A DNA stretch of 64,000 nt from Nitrospirales bacterium (GCA_965203295.1 CBDBCZ010000018.1:64001-128000), one strand, 5' to 3'. Shown: positions 33,297 to 46,505, counted from the first letter of the stretch. The notes: a model not told the origin generated them from the sequence alone. Program-made: numbers and translations.

Positions 33297-33345
33297 TCCT
33301 AACCCTAACCCTAACCCTAACCTAACCCTAACCCTAACCCTAACC
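33297..33345 (+). repeat. Interstitial telomeric repeat (CCCTAA)n
   Basis: About eight slightly degenerate units. Confidence 0.95.
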
Positions 33346-33745
33346 ATATGCAAGGTGAGAATCGCGAAGCCATCCGTCCTTTCCATCAAAATACTCTTTT
33401 CCATTAATGTCAGAGAGTTTGTAGAGCGTCTGGGTAGGGTTCCAAGGCAGTAGACCAACGGCAAAAGAACCGGTACCTTCTCGAAAATGACCGCATGGTA
33501 AATCGGGTTGGATTATGCTACATCACGCGACAGTCACACGGGATCTGGGGACAGCCCCGCAAGATTAGTATCATTTCCGATTGAAGTAACTACCTGACTT
33601 CCTAATCTGCTAATACTAAGTCGCTATGCAACACGAGCTCCTCGAGACACGCGCAAGTCCACAGCTCGCGATTTGTAGCTGGTCACGCGGAGAAATTTGC
33701 CGCACGTAGTGAGGTAATGAATAATTAACGCAGTTGAAGGGTTAA

Positions 33746-34128
33746 TCTAAGGTTCAGCACATCCCTTTTTAGGTTTAGCACTTTCGAACTGTTTACCTAA
33801 GGTTTAGCACTTTAAAGATCATAGTGAGGTTCAGCACATCACTATTTTTAGGTTTAGCACCTTTCCAAGGGTCTCCCTGAGGTTCAGCACAGCTATTAGT
33901 AAAGCACTTTTTAAACCTCCTGAGGTTTAGTACATCAGTCTATTCAGCTTCAGCACTTAAAAGGTCAACCTGACGTAAAGAACATTAATTTTAACACTTT
34001 TAAAAGATTTACCTGAAATTTAGCACTTTCCGAAGGTTTATTTGAGGTTCAGCACATAACGTTTTAAAGTAAAGCACTTTTAAACCTTGTCCTGAGGTTC
34101 AGCACATCACTCTATTGAGGTTTAGCCC
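33746..34128 (+). repeat. Satellite-like array (GAGGTTCAGCAC subrepeats, ~390-bp higher-order unit), left part
   Basis: Matches 46072-46430; interrupted by PB2. Confidence 0.85.
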
Positions 34129-34604
34129 TCAACCCTTTAACCCCGATAGTAGCCTTTTGGCACATTTCCGCGTAACCCCGATTGTAGCCTTTTGGCTACA
34201 TAGCCGATTTGCCTTTCACACGCAGCGCAGGGAAAGAACTACTACTATCTGAGTACATATAAATATACAGCTGGGCAAGGGGTACACTTACAGGGCGCTC
34301 CATGAAGCGCCGGTATAATCTAGTACGTAGACAAGAGTAAACATGCCGGTCAGCTGGACCGCTCATGAAAACATAGCGATGTAAATTACCTTGCATGATG
34401 GCATCACTTCCTAGGCGCGATAGGTAATTCGAACCAGCCGGTACAAGGGCGCGATCGCGCAGGCGGTAGTACCTCACTTCTAAGAGCTACTGAGTTGAGC
34501 GCTAGCACAGCAGTAAGCGAGAAACTTCCCGTGACTTTCGACATCAACCTCTGAACTTGGCAATCTTACTCAAGGAAGTAGGCGGAGCTCCGCGTTCTTT
34601 CATC

Positions 34605-36922
34605 ATGGCAGAGTCCCTCCCCGGCCCCTCCCACTACTATTCAACAGACGAGGTCCTAGAGTTGCTGGAGGACCAAGGTGACAATGATATTGACTTAGAT
34701 GTTGTGGAGATGAATGAGCCAGTGTGTGACGGCAGCGATGATGATTTAGAGCTGGAAAATGATAGGTGAGGAATATACAGGAATATCGGTGAAGTGGACT
34801 AGGACATTATGGCCAAGCAGCGCTAGCCACATCAGCAATTTTCTTTCTTTTAGATCTCCACTCTTCACTCCCTCTCCATTATCATCTCCGGGAGAGTATA
34901 TGTCTGGATTACGAGACACCAGGTAGATGAAGCACAACTAATGCACATGGAGCAGTCTCACTGAGGATGCTATACCATTATACGTAGTCCTGATGCGGAG
35001 AGCTCCTCTTCTGAGAGCAGTGGCTTAGAGAGCAGTGGATGTGAAGGAGCATCTCCCAGCAGGTAATAGCAATTGTGCGCTGATGACAGGTACCTACATG
35101 GGATGATTACTCCCAGTCCTCCCCATCATTGCTCTCCATGGTGTGGGCAAGCAGGGGTCGATGCAATCCCAGTGGACGCGGCAGAGGAAGAGGCAGGGGC
35201 AGGGGTGGTTAGGCGAGAGCTAGACAGGTGCGTGGCCGTGGGCGCGGCCGTGGCTGCAGGCGTGGCCGTGGCTGCAGGCGTGGCCAAGGGACTAGCAGGA
35301 GAGAAACACACCCTGCTGGTGACAACTCCAGGTAAACCAAAACTCTGCTATTATGAATTTCTATAAACACAAACCTACATGTGCAATGATACATTTCACA
35401 GCTCTTACCTAAAACTCCCATTTAGCCCTGGTGATCCAACCTGGCAGTCAGCTGCTCAGGTTGTGACGCTCCAGTCATTCGCAGAGAATGTAGGGCCAGC
35501 TGTTCTGGTAGCTGCGTCAATCCTCGAGATCTTCCGGCTTTTCTTTACTCGTGCATTGATGTCCACGGTGATACTGCAAACCAACCTCTACGCCCAACAG
35601 GTACTGGAGGAGAACTCAATTGATAGCTGGACCGATGTGACGGAGAGCGAAATTCTGGCGTTCCTTGGGTTTGCGATCCTGATGGGGATCAACCAACTTC
35701 CATCGCTGGCTGACTACTGGAAGAAAGACCCTTACTTCCACTACTCCCCTATCGCTGACCGAATTACTAGGGATCGGTTCCTCGAAATCTGGAAATATCT
35801 GCATTTTGTGGACAATTCGGACCTACCCAATCGATCGGATCCAGAGTATGATAGGCTATGTAGAGTTCGTCCTGTCATAGACAGTGTTCTGGAGGCATGT
35901 AAAGTGAATTACAGCCCACACCAGCACCAATCAATAGATGAGGCCATGATTGCCTTCAAAGGACGGAACTCCATGAAGCAAAATATGCCGAAGAAGCCAA
36001 CGAAGCGAGGTTTCAGTGTGTGGGTCCGGGCAGACAGCTCTAATGGATACGTCTCCCAATTTGAATTCTACACGGGGAAACAAGGAAGTAATGTAGAAGT
36101 CGGACTTGGGGGCAACGTAGTTACACGGCTCACCAGAGATCTTGTGGGCAAATTCTACCATGTCTTCATGGATAACTTCTTTTTCAGTGTTGCATTATTT
36201 CGAAGATTACTGGCTGACGACATTTATGCCACTGGTACCCTCCGATCCAACCGAAGGATGTTTCCCTCTGACCTGATTCCATTTGTGAAACGTGGACTTC
36301 CATCGAGGGGGGATATAGAGTTCCGTCAAGACGGCAACCTGGCAGTCATGGTGTGGCAAGACACTAAGGCTGTTGTCATTATGTCAACAGCACATAGCCC
36401 AGCGGCCACCACAACTGTAAGGAGGAAGAAAGGGGATGGGAGCATAACAGACGTTACGGCACCTAAGGCAATAGTAGATTATAATATGTACATGGGAGGA
36501 GTGGATCGGGGCGATCAATATAGGAAGTACTACCAGGTTAGGATGAAGTCTTGTAAGTCGTACAAGTATATATTTTGGTTTTTATTTGAAGTATGCGTTC
36601 TAAACTCATTTGTTCTTTATCGTTACAGTCCATGTATTAGTAGAAACCTTATTTAGATTTTAGAGCAGAATTAGCAAGGCAACTTATAGGCGAGTACTGC
36701 AGTCGAAAGAGGCGTGGTCGTCCCCTCTCTTCATCTACCCCCCCACCCAAACGAATTTCAGTTGCCCACTTCCCCTGCAAGACCAAAAAAGGCCGCTGTC
36801 AGCACTGCAGGAAGGGCTGGACTGTCTGGTTTTGTGGCCAGTGCAACAAGAGGCTCTGCCATAGCGGACAGAAGCAGAGTGACTGCTACCTGGCATACCA
36901 TACCCGCCTCGGTGTGACGTAA
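34605..36922 (+). pseudogene. PB2 transposase, multi-exon, frameshifted before the Cys-rich domain
   Basis: SIDEAMI, FMDNFF, GVDRGDQ; the CRD (CQHC..CGQCNKRLC..CYLAYH) is in a different frame after ~36650. Confidence 0.8.
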
Positions 36923-37491
36923 CTCCACCCCTATTTTTTGTATCCATCCTTCCCTTTATTATATCACCATACTTGTAGCTAACTCTCTAACACTGCTTGA
37001 TCAGTAACTTACAAGCCACTCACCGATCATGGTGCAGTCAATAACAACTTCAGAATGGCTAGAACCACGCAGAAGTCATCCAGTCTCGGCTTCAACGTGT
37101 AGTTCTCAGCGTGCCGCGTACATCGCTTCAGCATTTCCCCTCCCCATCAGTATCAGCAATGTAAACAGCATCTCTTTATCTACCTGGGTCTCGATTTGCT
37201 TCTTCGTAACGGCGTGCACGTAGCTTCCAGACAGCGAGTAACAAAATGGCAACCGAACCGCGTGAATTTTTTTTTTGGAACCACTTTCGACTTAGCCATT
37301 CTGCAAAACCGTGGTTTGCGCATGCGCAGATAAAGCCACACCTATAACCACGCCTACATTCCGTTAAAAGACTCACGACAATATTATTAGTGTAGGGACA
37401 GACATTGACAAAGACAAAACGAAGTATGTTTGCGTTGGAAACTGCATCACAGTATATTTGCAGTCTGCGGTGAGAATACTCAGTCACTAGC

Positions 37492-40468
37492 CTACCACTT
37501 CCCAGCGTTTTGCTGCCCTTTGGCAATGTTCTCTTTGAGGGAATGTGGCCTTTTAATGGAGCTGTTATGTTGTTTTATTGGAAGAAAATACTTGTCCTGT
37601 GAAGCTGAACGTTGCTTGCATAGTGCTCCAGCTGGTGCACGACCCTGAATTGCTACAGCCTTTCCTCTGCTTATTGTCTTTCTCCTCCTTCCTGCAGACT
37701 TTGCTTGGATTGGTATCCTTCGGCCTCTACGAAGAACTCCACCTTGTCGTGTAGTGACTGTTCCACCAAAACACCACCCAAATTTATGGAATGCTGATAT
37801 CAGGTGAGCGTTAGAAGGTTTGTTGGAGAGTACCTGATAGGTTTTAGTGAATTTCTCAGCACTTAACTTGAATTGATCATCTGCCATGAGGCGTTGTTTG
37901 ATATCACTAGCAATGGCATCAACTTTTTCGCAAAGCTCTTCTCGATTATCTTCCAGAGGAGAATTACTGGTTGTATTGTCATCAATGTCACTGGTTGAGC
38001 CATGTCGAATATGGTCCCAGCATGAGGAGGAGAAGTCAGGCAGCTCGAAAGTCTTAGAATCTGAACCCTTGTGCATCTCTTCCTGGGAAGTACACTTACC
38101 CTGACTGAGGGTGTTGTAGAATGAGAGATCCTGTATGGCATCTTCACCATAAGCTATATAGGCTAGCTTTCTCTTGCCTTCGGGATTCATTGTAGGAATG
38201 CAGTTGATAGAAGGAGATCCAAAATTGATAACAACTGCAGCTTGATGGCTACATGGGGAGCCGTCTTGTCCTTGTGGACATGTGCAGATACCAATTTCCA
38301 TGTCAACGTGGTAGATGACGCCTCTTTCTGTCTTACTGGGAACAGAATACTGGCTTTTTGTGAGCTGTTTTATGGCTTCCTTTGAGTATGCCCGTGCATG
38401 TAACCCTTGGAATCGAAGAGAGATAAAACGATCAACTCGAGAATGAGCAACACTCAGCAGTTTGCTTTGATAGTATCGCTCCATTGTTTCTGTGATGAAA
38501 TGGAACATCTGTATAAGGTAAGCCTTCACGCGGCTGAATACTAGCTCTTTTATAATACGCATGCCAGCTTCGGCATAATTGTTAGTGTGGTTGCCTCGGA
38601 CAAGGGTATTTTTTAGGTAGCAGAAAGCCCATTCCTTTCGACGAGGCCACAGTGTTTGAATGTAGCTAGAGAAGTTGGGGTACTTTATGGCTTCAGGTAT
38701 TTTCTGAAAATGGTCATATTTTCGCATTAGCTCCTCCTGTTTTGGCATACACTAATTCCTTCACACTTAGTATTAGAGTGACCCTGTCATTTTTGGCAAT
38801 ATGGTTCTTGCCATCGTGTAGCCATGTCCATCTGCTTTGCAAAAAATGAAAACTGCAAAGCAGAAGAACTGCATCTTGCCATACCCCTTGGATTGCTGCA
38901 CGTTCAGCAGAGCTGTCATCCGTCATGACAATGCTAGGGCCTTTCTTTGCTCCCTTACCGAAGAAGGCATTTTGTGGTAAGACATCAGCTAACATGTGAA
39001 GGCCTTGTTGAATTGTTGACTCCTGCTCATCTGATGCAATGATCACACCCAGGGGGACGCCGGAAGTAGGTGTACATGTTGAAATAACAAACACAGATGT
39101 GTTGTAACGATCTAGTGATGAAGTTGCATCACAAAAGACCATTTCTCCTGCTTGTTGAATGTTTTCATTGGCCCTTGCCATGAGTGGCGTGCAAATAGCT
39201 AAAATCATTGGTTGACATTTCTCCTTTTTCTTTTTCTGTTTTGCTAGCTTCAATTTCTTCTGTGGTGGTGGCTTGAATTCATCTGTGTCAATGTCAGATG
39301 TGTCTGTATCATCTTTAGGACACTGGTATGTTTGTAGTTTTGCTTGACCCCCCTTCTCTGAATTTGAGTTATTATAATCTGTTATTTCAGCTTCTAGCTG
39401 CAAAAACATATTCGGGCCATTCTCAGCACCCATTTCCATGGTTCGCCATTTGTCATAGAGTCGGCTGTAATCTGGAACAGTAGGATTGATGGCTCTATCT
39501 GCTAGTGCCTTCTGCGTCTCTTTCCCGTCCTCTGCACACTGCAGCATCAAATCAGTCTCATGGGCATGCCTTGCGGAGGCTGCAGTGTGACCTTTTGAGA
39601 ATAGAGAATAGATTTGCTGTTTCGTGACTTCTGGGATAGGACGGAAGCTAAGACTGTGTGCTGAGTAAACAGGATGATTGTGGCTAAATTCCAGCTTTAA
39701 TACTGCTTTGTGAGTGAGTAGGTATGGGCAAGATTCAGACAGAAATGTTTGTTTCTTTGTTGGAATCAGGACAGTTAATGTTAGTCTGGAAGGACATTCT
39801 GTCTTTTTGTTTCGTAGCCCTGCTGTGAGTGGATATTTAGGAGACTTGGTAGAGGCTCTCGCTCTTAGATGAGCCTGCATTTGTTTCTGGCTGAGCACTT
39901 TCCTATAGTGCTGGCAGTGCATGCTATACTTGGCAAGGACCCTTTTCATGGCAGCTTTAGTGGTTTTTGTGACACGGTAAGTACACTTGCTTTGCTCCAT
40001 GAATTCACTCATCCACTTGTCTGCCTCATTCTTTGTAGACAAGTTAATACGGAGCGCGGTCTGGAATTGTGGCGAATCATTCATAATCGATGATTCAACT
40101 TTCAGGTTTTCAATGACATATGTATATTCATTTGAAGGTGGTAATATATGATGCAAGATGCTGGGGCACTCATCTCTGTTCATTACTGAGTGTTTATCAG
40201 TTTCTTTGATGCCTTTTGAAGTAGATGGACTTTGTTGAGCCTGTGAGTCAGCATCAGACTCAATGTCACTTGATTCAGAATATGAGGAAGATGCAGAATG
40301 TGTATTTTTACCACTGCACTGCTCTTCCCCCACAGTGATATCGTCTTCAATCCTCGCAGAAAGTGTTGACGATGAAGTAGAAACACATGGATCCATAGAA
40401 TGGGTGAGAGGGAAGGAGATCGATTGACTCTTCAGTTCACCTTTTATGCGGTGACGAATGGCTGGCAT
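37492..40468 (-). pseudogene. MULE DDE transposase with SWIM finger; one frameshift near 38730
   Basis: VFCDATSSLDR, MTDDSSAE, LLCSFH, TNNYAEAG; SWIM CTC..PCSHQ; split over the 584-aa and 418-aa ORFs. Confidence 0.88.
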
Positions 40469-40648
40469 GTCAGCCTATAAAATGATTATGGTGAGTATGA
40501 TTGCATGCAGTAGGAGGATGTAGCATAGTTTACGTTCTAATGAATTAAATAGAGGCCAATGCATGTTTGGTCAGTGTTTAATTTCCGAAAGATAAAAGGA
40601 CAGATCAAGCCTAGTCAAGTGCATACATACCATGTACTAAGTATAGCC

Positions 40649-41281
40649 TAGATCACAGCAAAGAGGATCTTAACTGATATAGACACCCATGTGAAAATCA
40701 CAGTCCAAGGACGTGTTAATTGACTGAGGGTGCAGCCCTTGTGCCCTCAGTCATTTAACACTATCCAAGGGTGAGGGATCTTCCCAAGGGTGGTCTTATG
40801 TCAGTTAGACCACTCATGAATAATCAATGAGCATGGAAGCTTTGACGTTCTTGTTTAGACCCAGGGTGTTCATGTCAGTTAGATCCCTGTGTACAAAATA
40901 CTTTTAACACCCACTTGAGAATTAATAGCACTGCACTCGGTTAGATCATGCACAGCATGCACTCAGGATCTAACTGACAAAGACCACCCTTGGGAAAATC
41001 CCTGACCTTGGACTGTGTTAATTCACCTCGGGCTGCGCCCTCGGACAATTAACACAGTCCTCGAGCTCTGATTTTACCAGGGGTGTCTATGTCAGTTAGA
41101 TCCCTGTTGCTGTGATCTAACCTCAAAGTACTTGCTTAGGCCACACCCTGCTGTTACTGTAAATGGATGTTAAGTGGGTGTTAAAAGTGCTATGTACACA
41201 GGGATCTAACTGACAAGAACACCCAGGTTTCTAGCCAAGAACCTCAAAGCCATTCCATTGATTATTCATGAGTGGTCTAAT
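40649..41281. repeat. Interleaved inverted-repeat (hairpin-type non-autonomous element) complex inside the MULE
   Basis: 40649-40810 is inverted relative to ~40967-41120, and ~40807-40915 is inverted relative to ~41172-41281; GATCTAACTGAC / GTCAGTTAGATC recur. Confidence 0.7.
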
Positions 41282-41299
41282 ATTATGGATTCACAAGAC

Positions 41300-42400
41300 A
41301 TATACCTGTGTGAATGTCATTGGCTTGTCTTGAATTAGGCAGTAAGCATACTGCATGACAGAGAAGATAAACCAAATAAACTTACCAATTGGAATGCTCA
41401 GCAAATAGGAATGTCATGCACCTACCCGTAGAACAAAGACTCCACAGTCACGGGTGTTGTACTGACGTGGTATATCCTACAGTAAGGTGAATAATAAAGG
41501 TTTAAGCATGCATTATAGCTATCAAACCACTGTAAGTAGTGTGGTATTATACTTACTGATGCTGTGGTGGTTGTCCAGACATTCCAGTCAATCTCTGTGC
41601 CACTCCTCAATCTGCTTTGTCTTGAAAGGTACTCTCTACAACATTAATCGTTGTGCATAATACTGTGACCATTAGTATGGAAGGTCATTTCGGTGTAGCT
41701 TACTGCATTTGATCAAAGTAGAGGGCTCCACTTCCACCCATAGAATCATAATATGTCATTGACTTGTTCCTGCTAGCAACCTGGGTGATCAAGGATTTAT
41801 GTCAGTACAATTGTGTGTAAATGTCCACCGTCTGCACTACAGCTTGGTTACTTACAAGAAGACTCCAGTGATTGTTGCAGTGATTAATGGGTACTAGAAG
41901 AAACTTGGCATCAAACAACTTAGCCTGTATGTTATGGTGTATGCAGTTTTATGTATATTAATTATTCAACATTCAACACATAATTAATTCACCCACTCAC
42001 CTGTTTGTACCAACGATCAGTTGAACTAATCCCCTCTCTTCTAATTTTTGACATGAACTGGCAGCTGAAAACTTCTACACTGTCATGTGTTCTGTCATGT
42101 GTAGAAGATATTTGCGTTGACTGTTGTGCTTGCTCATTTCTGCAGGCCTGTGTAGAAGGAACAAATATTGCAGTTTGCTGGTGGCCATCACTCTAAGAGC
42201 CGAACGTACACTGTAGTGCTTACAAGTGACATACACTGAAGTGACAGTGAAGTGCTTACAGTTGCAATGGCTTCTCGGAGGTAGCACAGATACAAGTCTA
42301 TTACCTTAAAAGAGGAGTAGTGTAAATTTTTACCACCTGTAGCTTATTGATTTACAATGCCACAATTTTTTCTACCTGTATATCATTGACTTACTATGTC
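41300..42400 (-). CDS. Multi-exon Ulp1/SENP-like (C48) protease inside the MULE; boundaries approximate
   Basis: GT-AG bounded exons encode FLLVPINHCNNHWSLL (~41856-41924), TYYDSMGG (~41720-41750) and IPRQYNTRDCGVFV (~41426-41476), i.e. the His/Asp/Cys triad. Confidence 0.8.
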
Positions 42401-42525
42401 ATTAAGCCATTGTTCCCCGTCTGGACCACAAAGTAGATTCAGGTCACTTTCAGAGCACTTCACATCCCCTCTCAGATTCATTGTCTGGAGAATGTTTAGT
42501 TGCTGAATTACAGTGTTTACCATGT

Positions 42526-42587
42526 GTTAGTCTATCGAGCTACACCCTCCTCTAAGTGCAGAGGAGGATCTAGCTCGATAGACTAAC
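42526..42587. repeat. Miniature hairpin element
   Basis: GTTAGTCTATCGAGCTA..TAGCTCGATAGACTAAC perfect arms with an inner CCTCCTCT/AGAGGAGG stem. Confidence 0.8.
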
Positions 42588-43031
42588 CATGTGTCTGCAT
42601 ACCACTGAGTGTGTACCTTGCCTGCTGGTGACTCCTGCTGGGGTTGAGCTGGCTGGCGGCCTGTGTGCCGCGCCCTACCCTTGCAAAGAACGTCTTGCAG
42701 AGCAATCAGAGGGTGGGTGCATGCACAGCTGTGCTGGGTTCAAGCCTTGTAGCCCTCTACAAGAGTTACATAGATCCTGCTGAGGCCTAGACTAAGCAAT
42801 AGAAGATCCGTGCTGTAATTATCCCACGTAACTGTAGCCAGCAACCCGCCTTTTTTGACGAATGTAGGCGTGGTTATAGGTGTGGCTTTATCTGCGCATG
42901 CGCAAACCACGGTTTTGCAGAATGGCTAAGTCGAAAGTGGTTCCAAAAAAAAAATTCGCCCGAACCGCGTGCTACTCGCGGAAATAATTCAGGAAACGCA
43001 GTGACGCAACCGAAATAATTTTCGGGGTTAA

Positions 43032-46000
43032 CCCATAGCGGACGCGAAATTAATTTTATTCATTACGTATGCGCCTACGCGCGTGCCCATCATGTGACGT
43101 GAGACTGAAGAAAAAAGCACGTGCGAGCGGTTTTTGATGGAGTCGACTCTTCGGTTTGCCAAGGGCACAAGCGTTGCTGCGAAGATTCGAGAGTTGTATC
43201 TTGGCAACAAAAGGCCTCGGAGAGTCCACAAGAAAAGCCATTTTTAGAGCGATGGTGTTTTTCGCGTGATTATCCGGGATGGCTTTGAAGCGATAGAGAA
43301 GTACCCACATCCGCGGTGGAAACGGTGGAAAAGACATCAAGCGAAGGGGTGATGGCGCCAGTACAGGCCCGAGGTAAGTATAGGGAGGTGTGTAAAGGGC
43401 TTCATAGTGGGGGGGGGGGGGGGAGTGAGAATTATAAAACATGACATGCATACATTAGACACTATACTATCGAGACTTTTAGGTACGGTAATGGCGCTGG
43501 GTGTGGTAGGCTTGAAAACACGCTGAAGGGCACATGAACGGGTTGTCCGAGCAGGTAGCGCACTGATAGTGCGTCAAGTGCCTGGTGCCTCCCTGCCTGT
43601 CACTGCACACTACACAGTCCCTCCTCTTTCTTCCCTTCTGTAGGAAGTGCTTGACTGGCTGCAGACGCTCCACCCTTTGAGCACTTCGTGGTCCACTCCC
43701 CCTGGGAACAGCCGTGGAACGGATCGGCTCCGAGAGAGAGAGGATCAGCTGCCGTCTGAACTGAAGATGACGAATCGGTCGCTCGTTCCTCTCCATGGCG
43801 AGCTCCTTGTGAATGATGTAGGAGTTCACCACCACTACTTCTACAAACCAAAAGAAGACCTTGCGCCACCACTTGACAGACTTGTGGAGAAAGCTGTAGT
43901 AGCTCACAAGTTGGTCCATCTTGTCAACACCCAGCATGTGCTGGTTGTAGTCCTGGATAGCCTTGGGCTTCTTGGTTGCCGTTCTCGTTGGCCTGAATAA
44001 AAAATTGTGCAAGGTAAGTACATGTGCGTGTCCTCTTTCGTGTGTCTATGTGAACATGTGCGTGTGTTTGAACATGTGTATTTGTATGTGTACTTGTATA
44101 TGTTACTGTATAGTTATGTAAACCTGTGCATATATACTTCTAGCCGCCTTCCTAGCGATAGCCTCCACTTTGCTGCTTGTTTCGCACACCAAAGTAAGAA
44201 AGTGAACGTACATAACTGTAGAGTGGAGCCTAGGAACGAGTCTGAGTATAGTATGTGTGTGCAGCTGTGCATACCTAGGTGGCACATCTACCATGGAGAG
44301 CTCGTGTTTAGTAGTGATCATGAACACCTTCCTCTTGTCCACCCAATAGAATGCGAGCATGTCATCGGCACGATACCCGGTCAGAGTCCCACGAGGCTCT
44401 TTCTTCTTGCTCTGAAAGGTGGCGGGAAGACCCTTCCGGTTGGCCTGTACTGTCCCTGTTACGGTGATTCCAGCCTTCGCAAGCTCAACAGCAAGAAGGG
44501 GGCTGTTGTAGAACCTGTCTACATACAGGTCGTGACCCTTGTTGTGCATTCCATCGGCAAGAGTCATTACGACACGACATGTGTGCGGGAGATCTGGTTG
44601 GTCAATTAGCTGGGTCTCCTTCCCGTAATATACACAGATCTTGTACATGTACCCAGACTTGCTATCCGCCAGTGCGAACGCCTTTATTCCCCAGGGATTC
44701 GGTTTGCCCTTGAGGTACTGGCGAAAGCTGACTCGTCCCCGGAAGCTGATGACCGACTCATCAAGTGCAATCTCCTGGCCGGGGGTATATGCGGATTCGA
44801 TCGCTGGGCGGAGCTGGTCCAGGAGTGGTTGGATCTTAGACCGCTTGGTGGTGCCATCGAGCTCGCCGACATGAAGGGCTCCAAAGATCTGAAAAAAGCG
44901 ATCGCGGGAGAAGACGGACCGGAAGAATGGCAAGTTGGTTGTGCAGTCGGTAGCCCAGTAGTCTTTCAGGTTGTTTAGCTGAATAATCCCCATGTTGAGG
45001 ATAACAGCAATGAACCCCTTCATCTCCTCGACACTCACAGGCTTCCAGTTTCTGTAGAGCGAGTGGGCTGAGACGGTCATGGACGCAATCTTCCTCTGGG
45101 CGTATGCATTCGTCTGCTCAACTAGGAACTGCCAGAGGGAGTCGTCAAAAAACAACGCAAAGCACTGCTCAGGCGTCCGACAGGTGGGAGGAACGTGCGG
45201 GCCACGCTGCTCAGTGTATGGCCGAGCTACAGGTGCGGTGTCTGCTCCTATCAAAAGAATTATTATTGTAGCGTCAATACTATAATTATGTATTACATGC
45301 ACTTTGGAGTAATGGTCGGGTCATACCTTCTGCCACTTTCTGCCAATTGTATGTAGGGGCATCCCGAGCAGCTCTACCACTCCTGTGGCCTCTGCCCCTG
45401 CTGCTGCCTGTACTGGCTCCTGTGCCCCTCCCCCTGCTGCTGCCTCTACCTCTCCTTGCAGCTCTGCCCCTCCCCCTGCTGCTGCCTCTACCTCTCCTTG
45501 CAGCTCTGCCCCTCCCCCTACTGCTCCCAGTAGAATGTCCTCGGCACGAGACTCTGCCCCTCCCCCTGCTGGTGCTTCTCCCTCTGCTGGATTCACCAGG
45601 CCCTCCCCTGCCACCCACTGCATCACTGTCGTCATCACTGCTGCTGCTCTCACTCTCATCACTGCTGCTGCTCTCACTCTCTTCACTGCTGCTGCTCTCA
45701 CTGCTCATGCCTTCATCACTACTGTTCTCTTCCTCATCACCACTGTACATATCTACTTCCATCTCACTATCAGAATGCATCTCAGAAAACATCGTTAACG
45801 CCTGCTCGGTATTCATGAGGGCTGCCATCGTTAGTCCACGCCTCCAACAGCTGTCGGAAGCCTTTACAAGTAATCGTACCCGCCCGCAAGATAATGAAGG
45901 GGCTTCCTCCCTGCTTGTCACGCATGCGTGACAGTCGTCCGCGTAGTACAATTACGCTGTCACGAATACGTGACATTCGTGTCCACCGCGCATGCGCGTT

Positions 46001-46033
46001 TGTCACGGATTTGTGACAATCGTCCGCTATGGG
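43032..46033 (-). mobile_element. piggyBac PB3
   Basis: TTAA at 43028-43031 and 46034-46037; 13-bp perfect TIR CCCATAGCGGACG. Confidence 0.93.
43479..45828 (-). CDS. PB3 transposase, about three exons, apparently intact
   Basis: Acidic and RG-rich first exon; ALDESVI, YVDRFYN, GVDKMDQ; CRD CVVC..CATC..CPSACFQAYH. Confidence 0.85.
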
Positions 46034-46045
46034 TTAATGGGTTAA

Positions 46046-46505
46046 AAGTCAAGCTGAGGTTCAGTACATTAAGTTTAGCACTTTCCAACGGTTTACCTAA
46101 GTTTTAGAACTTTAAAGGTCAGAGTGAGGTTCAGCACATCACTACTTTTTGGTTGAGCACTTTCCAAAGGTCTCCCTGAGGTTCAGCACAGCAATTTTAA
46201 AGTAAAGCACTTTTTAAACCTCCTGAGGTTTAGTACATCAGTCTATTCAGCTTCAGCACTTAAAAGGTCAACCTAAGGTAAAGAACATTAATTTTAACAC
46301 TTTTAAAAGATTTACCTGAAATTAACACTTTCCAAAGGTTTATTTGAGGTTCAGCACATAACCATTTTAAAGTAAAGCACTTTTAAACCTTGTCCTGAGG
46401 TTCAGCACATCACTCTATTGAGGTTTAGCCCTTAAAAGTCAAGCTGAGGTTCAGCACATTAAGTTTAGCACTTTCCAACGGTTTACCTAAGTTTTAGCAC
46501 TTTAA
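46046..46505 (+). repeat. Satellite-like array, right part
   Basis: AAGTCAAGCTGAGG at 46046 and 46436 gives a 390-bp period. Confidence 0.85.

Larger units (their letters stand above)
37262..42959 (-). mobile_element. Mutator-like element (MULE) with ~100-bp TIRs and a 9-bp TSD
   Basis: TSD CCGAACCGC at 37253-37261 and 42960-42968; near-perfect TIRs 37262-~37360 and ~42861-42959. Confidence 0.92.
34133..46041 (+). mobile_element. piggyBac PB2 carrying a nested MULE and PB3
   Basis: Left TIR CCCTTTAACCCCGA follows TCAA (34129-34132); right TIR TCGGGGTTAA[PB3]TGGG is followed by TTAA (46042-46045); the empty site GCCCTTAAAAGTC is seen at 46428-46440. Confidence 0.85.

Noticed and set aside
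33126..33464. ORFs with VRVRVR/LGLGLG or LTLTLT tracts (also 54360-54734)
   Set aside because: Translations of telomeric repeats.
33746..34128. Regularly spaced GAGGTTCAGCAC words as a CRISPR array
   Set aside because: Repeats are short and degenerate, the spacers themselves repeat with a 390-bp period, no cas genes are present and the context is eukaryotic.
45321..45931. Poly-Leu and poly-Ala ORFs overlapping PB3 exon 1
   Set aside because: Alternative frames of the Ser/acidic/RG low-complexity exon.
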